NCBI GenBank assembly: GCA_965153355.1
Contig: OZ231126.1
Span: forward strand, 47,864,001-47,928,000
DNA length: 64,000 nucleotides
Direction: 5' to 3'
Source of the DNA: Flaccisagitta enflata
Taxonomy: Eukaryota
Shown one piece after another: positions 31,608-42,360 of this stretch. The translations under genes and the position numbers were made by a program. Numbering within the stretch: the stretch's first letter is position 1; each line of letters begins with the position of its first letter. The notes below the pieces were generated by a model. It searched no databases and was not told the origin of the DNA. It saw only the letters and a list, made by a program, of their open reading frames with translations.

Positions 31608-33418
31608 AGTTGTTGTTGTTGTCGTTGTTATCATTGTCGTTGTCTACCGTTGTAGCCATTGTCGTTATTGTCGTTTTTATCGTCATTGTTGTTGTTGTTG
31701 TTGTTGTTGTTGTGTTGTTGTTGTTGTTTTATCGTTGTTGTCCGGCATCATAACTCTTATATTTCTTTAAATTACTTTCAACTCAATAGGAAAACGACTT
31801 CATGCAGTCGCGCGAAAGGCGGGTGGAAGATTACGAGAAGCAGATCCAACTTCTCCGCGTGCAAGACGCGGAAGAGTACAACAACGTCAAGCGCAAGCTG
31901 GAATCTGACGTGACAATCCTTGAGCAGCAGTTGCAGCAAATGAAGGCGACCTATCAGCTGAATCAGGAAAAGCTCGAGTACAATTTCCAAGTGTTGAAGA
32001 AACGCGACGAGGAGAACACCATCACCAAGTCCCAGCAAAAGCGGAAAATAACGAGACTGCAGGACAACCTCAACAACCTGAGGCTGAAAATCGGCCGACA
32101 AGAGAAAGGTTACCGCGACGAGAACACGCAGCTGACAGACGACTACAAGCGGATCACGCAGCAGTTCAAGGATTTGCAGAAAAAGTCGCGTCATTTTATG
32201 GCCGCCGACGTTGACAAATTCGGCCAAGTGTGGCGCATGAACGAGACCGAGTGCAAAGAGTTGCTCGGCGCCGTCATGGAGTGTGATCGAGTCATCACCG
32301 AGCATCAATTGGGGAAAAACTGGATCACGCCGGATTTGTCGTTCCTCGAAAACGAAGGCCCGATCGTGAGCGAGAAGAGCAAAAAACAATCCGTCTCCGC
32401 CAATCAAGTGTTGCAAGAAGTTCTGACGACCGATTCCGCGTCTGAAGGCGGAATCTCCAAAAGTCGCAAACCCCCCACGACGACCGCCGCCGACGAAACC
32501 ACCGAGACAGCGGCGGGGGTGGACGTCGACGACGGATTGTCGACGAGCAAATTATTCCGGAAAATCTCGACGGAGACTGTGAAGAAGATCCTCGAGCTTC
32601 TTTGCGACGAAGGCGGTTTCTTGGTGGAATCGCGCCTTCATCGCATCCTCGCGCCTTTGGATCGATACGAACAGTCGATGATCCGACTCGACGCCATTTT
32701 TTTGGCGCTCGGAATCGAGACGGAAGACGACATCTTCAAACTTACCCAATATTTCATGAGGATGAAAATGCCGGAAGAGGAGGGGGAGGCGGATGGCGAT
32801 GGAGGAGGAGGAGAGGCCGATCACCAGGGCAACGCCGGTGAAGCCGGTGATTCGGCGGAAGAACAAAATCATCAGCGTCGAAAGACGCCAGGAAGCGAAT
32901 CTTTACCAGAGACTTCGTCGGATTTTGGCGCCGATGAAGAGGATCCGCTGGAAGATGGAACCGGAAGTCCGGGAGGGGGAAGAGGAGACGAAGAAAGTCA
33001 AGAAATCATTCTTGATGAAGGCAACGCCGAGTTGGTGCATCCCAACGACGTCCTCAAGGCGATGAAGGCGTTCGTCGAATCGCATCCCAAGTTCCAACAA
33101 AAGGCCACTTCCAAGAGTCATTCGTTTCAAATCGCCGTTTTGGATGAAAGGGACGATTCCGAGGACACGAAATATTGGAAACTTTATTCCAACGCGCTCT
33201 CCGATGTCAAGAAGAAAACGTGGGACGCCATGAAAGAAGGAATGGAGAGATACAAACAAACGTTGACGCAAAGATCCAAATTGTTGACGGAAACTGACGC
33301 GCTGCGTCAACAAAACGCCGAACTGCGGCTTTTGCTGCAACAATACATTCACAGCAAAGTCAACGGCGAGTTGGAAATACCGCCGACCAGAATCTTGCAA
33401 TACGAGGGTGGGAAATGA
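29626..33418 (+). CDS. DRC1: Dynein regulatory complex subunit 1 (CCDC164). Exons 29626-30081, 31019-31273, 31790-33418 (~779 aa)
   Basis: PTVESEDPEERITARRGRI, DGTELVTNIQVAGDARE, ELKNRDDQYVRDLKKQAEDIDLMIERM, LEQQLQQMKATYQLNQEKLEYNFQVLKKRDEEN and C-terminal LRQQNAELRLLLQQYIHSKVNGELEIPPT. Confidence 0.96.
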
Positions 33419-33920
33419 AAGTGGGTGTGGGGTTTTCCCTTAACTAACTTGCCAATAAGTAAAAGTTGTTAAGGACACCCAAAAATATTTCTTTGGAAGA
33501 ATTCATCTCCTGAACAAACAATAATCAATTGACTGCAAAATCCAATTTGTTTAAAGGCAGCACTTCCAGAGATGATGCTTTTTTCAGGTGTCTGTGTATT
33601 TATTGGAAAGATAGTACTGCTCCAACTTACTATAACAGACCCAAGAATAATGAAAATCCACCTGTATCGGATAGAGAATTTGGGTGCCTTCATTTCATTT
33701 CTATTTATTTTTTAAGTTGGCATAACAGAAATCCAGCTATAACAAATAAAAATTATTGGTTTCTTGACATCCGCTTTTTTTTGTACTACAACGCTCGCAT
33801 GATCATGAACCGATCCCCATTTGTAATATATTTACACTTCTACATTTTAAAACAAATGAAGCAATTACCAAAATGCAATTTCTTGCAGGAAAGAGAATAG
33901 CATTTAAAACTGAATGAAAA

Positions 33921-36900
33921 ATGTATAAACTCGATCTTCCCCTCGATCAAAAAGAGCAGGCGGCGATTGAAAGGAGGAGAAATCAGGTAGATAAAAAATT
34001 GTATATAGTAAAAAAATTTTGATCAAAGATGTATTAAAAAATTGTAGTAGTAATGATAAATTATCTCGATTTTTAAATCTTTATAGAGATTTTTCCGATG
34101 AGTCTTCCAACACTTCTCTTTCCCTTTTCTCCCATCTAATCAGGAATTAGCGCGTCAAAGTCGCATCTTTAACGCCAAAGTTCGAACTATCGGAGTCGAT
34201 GTCGATGCCATCACCCAGCAAGCTGAGGACAAGAAACGACGGTTAGCTCGTATTCATTCTTCTGTTTGCAGTGTCTAAACTGAGTTTATCCAGTGAAGGG
34301 CGCCGACTAGTCTATGAACTTAATTCAACTTGTCATGTGACAGTTTTTTGCATCGAAATGTAGTTCATCTTTCTATTTTGCTCATAAATCAATTCTGCCG
34401 TCGCCAGGGAGGAACGCGAGAGACTGCGCAGCGAGGCGTTCGCTTCCGACGCCGTTCGCGCGGACAAAATCGCCGTACTCTTGGAACAAAGACAAGATCA
34501 CGACAGACGCATGATCAATCAATCCGAAAATGCTTACAGGTACTAACGCTCTTAGACGCCTATTTCGATTGCTTCTTCAGACTTCCGGTGAGCGTTCGTT
34601 CACCATCCTTTGGACACTCCTCTCCTCGTGCTACATATACGGCTGCTCATCCAATGGCGATGCAACAATACTTGTCTTTGTCGGACGGGAGGCGCGCGCA
34701 GTAGTGAAGCAGAAACAATGGAACACAGGCCGATCGGAGTACATCAAGACAAATTCAAGAAGATCGTTTGTATAAATTCGGAAACTCGGAATGCATGAAA
34801 ATACGATTCAAGAAACTCGTATGTATAAATGGAAACGCAAGGAACTCTCGTCGACAAGCTTGTATCATTTGAAGTGTTCCTCCCGTTCTGTTTGACGAAT
34901 ATTTGTGCTCCTGTCACAGTCCGAGTGTGTTTTGCTTGTCTCCCGGGGCCTACCCTGCCCCCAAATATCTCTTTCTCTGAATTTCAGGCGTTTCGACTTC
35001 GTTCTTTCTTGGAGTTGCGCCATGGGGGATGTTCCGTGTGGCTGGCACATGCTTCATCACTGCTGATAGTCTTTGGGTCATTGGCGTCCCTGTGGTGTCT
35101 TGCATCGGTCCCCTCCGAGCATGCGCGCCTAGCGCATTTGCCCTCTGAGGCTGATGGAAGTTGTGCTTCGGTTCTTGCCGAGCGAACACATTGTGTTGGT
35201 CCTCTGAGGCTGATGGAAGTTGTGCTTTGGTTCTTGCCGAGCGAACACATTGTGTTGGTCCTCTGGACGTGTGGTCTGTTTTGGCATCGGTCTTCCCAAG
35301 CGAACACATTGGAAGTTGTGCATTGGTTCTTGCCAAGCGAACACATTGGAAGTTGTGCATCGGGTTTTGCCGAGCAAACACATTGGGAAATGTGCATCGG
35401 TTCTTGCCGAGCGAACACATTGGAAGTTGTGCATCGGTTTTTGCCGAGCAAACACATTGGAAGGTGTGCATCGGTTCTTGCCGAGCAAACACGTTGTGTT
35501 GGTCCTCTGGACGCGTGGTCTGTTTTGGCATCGGTCTTCCCGAGCATGCGCACCTGGCGCTTTTGCCTTTTGAGGCATATGGAAGTTGTGCTTCGGTCCC
35601 TGCCGAGCGGACACGTTTTGTGTTGGTCCTCTGGACATGCCGTCAGTTTCAGCATCGGTGATTTCCGAGCATGCGTTATTTGCGCGTTGGCTCTTGTAAG
35701 AGCGGTATGGCATGTGGTTGCGGAGTAACAGGGTGACAACCAGCGAAGGCAGTGGTATCAAAGCATCTGGTCCCCCACAAGTTTGGGGAGTCGTCCGGCG
35801 CGGCAGAGGTGGCCCTAGTATTTTGGCCAGGGTAATGTCTTAGTTGCTGCCAGAGTGGGTGCTCTTATACGGCCCTTTGTCATGTGTGCATCAGTTCCGG
35901 TATTTGATGAGGTTTTTCTATGTGATCTGGGATAGGGTGGGCTTTTTCAGGCATAATTTAGGTGGGTTTGGGGTTTCCCTTGTCCCCTAGGAGTAGATCT
36001 GTCTTCGCTGGAAGGAGGTGTTCCTCCCAATTTTGTTCAGCGGTTTTCCCGCGGGGCTTGTCCGTGCGATGAGGTGAGAAAATATTTGGGCAAAACATGA
36101 CCCTTGTTACATTCAGGCACAGTGGGCCTTAATTGGATACAGGTTCAAAAAAATCCTCAGCGGTAGTGACTTGTATAAATAGGTACATTTTGTAGTGAAG
36201 AATTGATATTGATCCTTAAAAAAAGATTTCCCCTTAAAATTTTTGCAAAAATCACTAAAATGTGTCCATTTTCTTATATAATTATATATAGATCTCAATG
36301 ATCTATCAATTTTGAAATTCTGATTCAGGATTCATATTCCTGGTAAAATTTCCAATCATTTGATAGGTCACACTATATACTTTCATATGAAAATAAAATT
36401 TTCATATTTTAGTCTACCGTTACCAAAATGCGACGGTAGCGTAAAATATGAGAATTTTATTTTCACGTAAAAATATATAGTGTGACCTATCAAATGATTG
36501 GAAATTTTACCAGGAATATGAATCTTGAATCAGAATTTCAAAATTGATAGATCGTTTAGATCTATATATGAGTATATAAGAAAATGGACACATTTCAGTG
36601 ATTTTTGCAAAAATTATCAAGGGAAATTTTTTTTTAAGAGTTAATATCAATTCTTCACTATAAAAAAAACGTATTTATACAAATCTCTACTGCTGAGGAT
36701 TTTTTTGAACCCATATCCAATTAAGGCCCACTGTGCAGGGGTGCCCTCCTCATCTTTCGGTTTTGTTACGGCCAGTCTGAAGAAAACACCCTATATAGGC
36801 CGAGCGGTAGGCATCGGTTTTCGGCATCGGTCATTCCGAGCGTTCCGCTTTTTGTTGGGCCGAGCATGGCATCAGTTTTCAGCCCGGTAAATAGTGCTCA

Positions 36901-39900
36901 TTTTGCTTTGGTATATTGTGGCATCGGCAATTAAATCCGAGCGGTTTGATATAATGGCATCGGTAATTAAATCCGAGCGGTTTGATATAATGGCATCGGT
37001 AATTAAATCCGAGCGGTTTGATATAATGGCATCGGTAATTAAATCCGAGCAGTTTGATATAATGGCATCAGTAATTAAATCCGAGCGGTTTGATATAATG
37101 GCATCGGTAATTAAATCCGAGCGGTTTGATATAATGGCATCGGTAATTAAATCCGAGCGGTTTGATATAATGGCATCGGTAATTAAATCCGAGCGGTTTG
37201 ATAAGCATCGGTGATTCCGAGCGATTTGATGTGAAAGCATCAGTGACTATGTGGCCCGTATGGATATTTTGCGTCTGTGGTTCCGTGCTTTCTCAGGTGA
37301 GTGGGAGTGAGTATGGTGCTCCAAGCATGCACTTGATGTGCGAAAGTCCACAGGTGAGTGTGCATATTGTGCTTGCAGATTGGTGGCTACATGTGAGTGG
37401 AAGTTGTGGTTCCCTCATTTTGCGTGCTGGTCCTTATGGCCAAACCAAGAGTTTTGGGCATCCGCATGGTGCCGCATTTGGCTCCAGCGGTTATGTGTTG
37501 CGTGCTGGTACAACGTGATTGCAGCTTGTGCTGGTGGCTGGCCTATGGTTTTGCATAATGGATTTGTGATCTTATGGGGTTTCAGGTCTTGGAAGCTCTG
37601 CTGCATCTTTGTTTTCGTGGTTTCTATAAGCCTATGGCCTTCAAGAAGGGTTTGTGGCCTTGATGGACCTACGGCCATCATTTTCGTGTTGGAACATCAG
37701 ACAGTAGTAATTTGCGCCCCCTGGTTGTTAGATTTGCATGCACAACATGACAAAATTGGAATGTCAAGTGGGAAAAGCATGGGAGATTAAATTACAGCAT
37801 TATGTTGAGCATTTGAACAATTCTCTTACTGCGGATGGAAAAAGTGTCAAGTTTTTCAAAGTTATTGGCGGCCGTCGCAAGCGAAGAATAGCGTGTTTTC
37901 CGATTAATTGACTCACTGACTTAGTGACTAGCGACTAGTGCACGGTGATCAAAACAGTTTTTCTTTTTCTCTCTCTACAAATGGTTTCTTAGTATCACAA
38001 AATCCTTAGTCTTTGCTCAGAGAATAATCACTGATATTATTTGCACTTATGAAAGCATCATATTTGGATGAATTTATAGTCTTCATTTTTATATATCAGA
38101 AAGTCGTTGAATTTAGGTGAAAATGCAACTTTTTCCTTCACTGATTTCCACTGATTTTTAATAGTAGTGACTGGTCAGTTTTGAATATTTCAAACATGGT
38201 ATTTCATTTTTTAGGAGTTGCATGGTAAGAACACTCACTTTTGGTTCTCAAGAACTACTGACTGGTTAATTTCCTTTGCCACGTAAATTGTAATTGTTGT
38301 TGCGGCTGCCATCTCGTTGGGCAACTTGATTCGTGGCCTTGATGGATTTGTAACCTCATTGGATTTGTGGCCTTGTTGGATCTGTGGCTTTGCTGAGTTT
38401 ACGGTCTTGATGGGTTTGTGGACTGCGATAGTTTGTGGCCTTAAGGAATTTGGGCCTGAGTGTGTTTTTGACCTACCAAACACGTGCCCTGACCGGATGG
38501 GTGCCTTGCTGTGTTGTGGCCTAAAATGGGTTGTCTTGCTGGATCCAAGCCGTGGCCGGTTTTGGATTGCCCCTGGATTTGGATCCTCGCTGGATTTGGA
38601 TCCTTGCTGGATTTGGTTCCTCGCTGGATTTGGTTCCTCGCTTGATTTGGTTCCTCGCTGGATTTGGTTCCTCGCTGGATTTGGGTCGTCGCTGGATTTG
38701 GGTCGTCGCTGGATTTGGGTCGTCGCTGGATTTGGGTCGTCGCTGGATTTGGGTCGTCGCTGGATTTGGGTCGTCGCTGGATTTGGGTCGCCGCTGGATT
38801 TGGGTTGTCGCTGGATTTGGGTCGTCGCTGGATTTGGGTCGTCGCTGGATTTGGATTGTCGCTGGATTTGGATCGTCGCTGGATTTGGGTCGTCGCTGGA
38901 TTTGGGTCGTCGCTGGATTTGGCACCCTCGCTGGATTGGCGCCCTCGCTGGATTGGCCTCCTCGCTGGATTGGCCTCCTCGCTGGATTGGCAACCCTACT
39001 GGATTGGCGTCCTCGCAAGATTGGCGTCCCTGCTGGAATGGCGTCCTAGCTTGATTAGCGTCCCTGCTGGATTGGCGTCCTCGCTGGATTGGCGGCCTCG
39101 CTGGATTGGTGGCCTCGCTGGGTTGGCGTCCTCGCTGGATTGGTGGCCTCGCTGTATTGGTGGCCTCGCTGGATTGGCGTCCTTGCTGGATTGGTGGCCT
39201 TGCTGGATTGGCATCCTCGCTGGATTAGCTCCCTCGCTGGTTGGGCGTTCTTGCTGGATTGGCTCCCTCGCTGGATTGATGGCCTCAATAGATGGGCATC
39301 CTCGCTGGATCGGTGCCTTTGTTGGATTGGCGCCTTCGCCGGATTGGCGTCTTTATTGGATCGGCATCCTCGCTGGAGTGGCTCCCTCGCCGGTTTTATT
39401 GGTGGCCTCGCTGGATTGGCGTCCTTGCTGGATTGGTGGCCTAGCTGGATTGGCGTTTCTACTGGATTGGCGTCCCTGCTGGATTGGCGTCCTTGCTGGA
39501 TTGGCGTCCTTGCTGGATTGGCGTCCTTGCTGGATTGGCGTCCTTGCTGGATTGGCGTCCTTGCTGGATTGGCGCCCTTGCTGGAATGACGCCCTTGCTG
39601 GATTGGCAACATATTTGTATTGACTCTGGAAATCTGGCCTCCTCAAGATGTAAATGTTTGCCTTTGGTTTATTCACATGTGTTACATGTAGCATGGAAGG
39701 GGGTAGTGTTGAAGCAGAATATGTTGGTGGGTGTATCAGTTGGCGAATGGTTGTGACCTTCCCCAGACTCCTGCAATTTTGCAAATGTATCCCTGGAGTT
39801 TATTCACATGTGTTACATGAAGCATGGGAAGTAACAATATTGAGGCAAAATGCGTTAGTGAGCGTTTAATTGATAAGTGGACTTCTAGTTGATTGCCATC

Positions 39901-42091
39901 ACTTCCTCTTTTCATTCTTTGGCATTTGTTCGTTTGAGTGTGATCTATACATAGTGACGCATCATTTCAAGGATCGGAGATTTTCTGTGAAACGCCTGGA
40001 AATTATTCACATGTGTTACATGTCGCATGATGAAATGCCTAAGTTTATCCACATGTTTTACATGTAGCATGGTGAAATGCCTAAGTTTATTCACATGTGT
40101 TACATGTCGCATGGGAGTATATTGAAGCAGAATGTGTTAAGCGTGCGCCTGTAGTAGCCATTGATCACTTCCAAAACTCACATTCTCGATACAAACAGGC
40201 CTGTGTTGGAACATATGACTAGAACAATCACTTTATCTCTTACGGATTTCTTTATGGTTGACAGGCGGATTTCTTTATGGTTTACACACGCGGACACAAA
40301 CAGATTTGAAATTCATGTCTTCACAAATCATAATGATGCAATCTGTATATAGTGGGGCATCGTTTAAAGGATCTTAATTTCTTCACATGTCTTACATGTC
40401 GCATGGTAAAATGCCTGAAATTTCTTCACATGTGTTACATGTCGCGTGGTAAAGAGCCTTAGATTTATTCACATGTTGCATGTCGCGTGGTAAAATGTTG
40501 AAGAAAGGTGTGTTGGTAAGCGTTTTGGTTGCAAAGAGACTGTTAGTTATTTGGCAATGTCTCTTTCTTTCGTCCTTTAGCATATATTTGCGTGAATCTT
40601 TGCCTTATAGATGAGATATCGTTTTTACTTGTTGGTGTCGTTGTCGTTTTGTCGCCGTTTTCATCGCCCATCTCCTTTGTCTCAGCTTCCTGCGATAGTA
40701 TTGTCATTTCCTTGTTTCAGAGTTGGGCAAGTGCCGATGCCTTTATTTTCTCGAGTTTTGAAATTCATGTCTACACAAATGACGGTAATGCGTTATGTAT
40801 ATAGTGACGCTTCGTTTGGTAATCGAAGGTTTTTGTAAAATGCCCTTAATTTCTTCACATGTTTTACATGTCGCGTAGTGCAATCCCTAAAATCTCTCCA
40901 CATGTGTTACATGTTGCGTGGTTAAGTGCTTGATGTTTATTCACCTGTTTTACATGCCGCGGGGTACAACCTCTAGAATTTCTTCACATGTGCTACATGT
41001 TGCATGATAAAATTGTTAAAAATTGCCTAAAATCGCCTGAAATTTATTCACATGTTTCACATGTCGTGCTGGAAAATTGCCTAAAATTGCCTGAGATTGC
41101 CTAGAATTTCTTCACATGTTTTACATGTCGCGTGGTGAAATATTGAAACAATGTGTTAGTAAGCATATATTCGCCTTATAGGTCAGAAATCGTTTTCGCC
41201 TTGTCGCTTTGTCGCCGTTCTCGTCGCCCGTTTCCTTCGTCCTAGCTTCCTGCGATGGCATTGTCATTACTTTGTTTCAGATCTGGGTAAGTATTGGGTG
41301 GTATCTTCAAGCTGGCCTCTCAGACTGGAATCTGAGTGGGCTGTGGGACGTTGCGTCGGGATATCCGCGCATTACTCATACAGGCAAGTCTGAAGAGGAA
41401 ACGACATTGTTGAACTATAGCGCACGCAATATTCAACTATTTCGATTGCTTCTTCAGACTTCCGGTGAGCGTTCGTTCACCATCATGCAGGAAGCTACAG
41501 CTTGAGTAGACGAAGGATATGGATGGAGCAGCCGGGGCCCGCGGGCCCTGATAATCTTCTCTTGCTTCTATCTTAGGTTCGCGTCATACAAGAACAAGCA
41601 AGAGACTAATTTTCACCCCCCCTCCCTTCCCTTCTCCCTCCCCTGTTTTCGTCGTTTCCTTTCATATCGACGATCTCCGGGGTCGGCGTCGGGATATCCG
41701 CGCATTACTCATACAGGCAAGTCTGAAGAGGAAACGACATTGTTGAACTATAGCGCACGCAATATTCAACTATTCATTTGGGTAATGGTTGATGAACCAA
41801 AAATTCGATAGTGATTTGACCAACCTCCAGATAAAGCTAAGAACCCCTGAAAATCATGACATCTTCAGATTCCTGAATCAGCAAGCGGATGGACGCCGAG
41901 AGTGGGATCTTTACGATCCTGACGCTAAACTAAAGGACAAGCCAGCAAGAGTCGCCGATGATGATCCCAGATGTGGACCGGTAAGGAATTGTTGATCTCG
42001 GGATGAAGAATTTTAGGTTGAGTGGTGCCACACTGGACGAGTAAGCAAAAGCGAAAGAAGAAAAAGAAAACAAAACACAAAAAAGAAAAAA

Positions 42092-42125
<34 letters not shown>

Positions 42126-42207
42126 AGAAGAAGAAGAAGAAGAAGAAGAAGAAGAAGAAGAAGAAGAAGAAGAAGAAGAGAAAAAGAACAACAACCACAA
42201 CAACAAT

Positions 42208-42242
<35 letters not shown>

Positions 42243-42329
42243 CCACTACAACAATAACAACAACAATAACAACAACAATAACAACATCAACTACAACCAC
42301 TACAGCAACAACAAAAACAAAAAGAAGTT

Positions 42330-42360
<31 letters not shown>

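Larger units (their letters stand above)
34560..41774. mobile_element. 7.2-kb non-autonomous element with split direct repeats (Ngaro/PAT-type tyrosine-recombinase retrotransposon architecture)
   Basis: A1 34560-34607 equals A2 41437-41484 (48 bp). B1 41353-41441 equals B2 41686-41774 (89 bp). A and B share CTATT, which occurs at both host junctions. No recognisable RT or YR ORF inside. Confidence 0.75.

Noticed and set aside
34829-35761. Overlapping 200-300-aa ORFs as possible gag or other element proteins
   Set aside because: They coincide with the tandem array, are open in several frames and have no recognisable motifs.
36920-37205. 36-bp repeats with an internal hairpin, superficially CRISPR-like
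   Set aside because: Units are head-to-tail with no unique spacers, there are no cas genes, and the context is a eukaryotic intron.
38235-39784. Many long overlapping ORFs on both strands
   Set aside because: Translation artefacts of a stop-poor 17-bp minisatellite.
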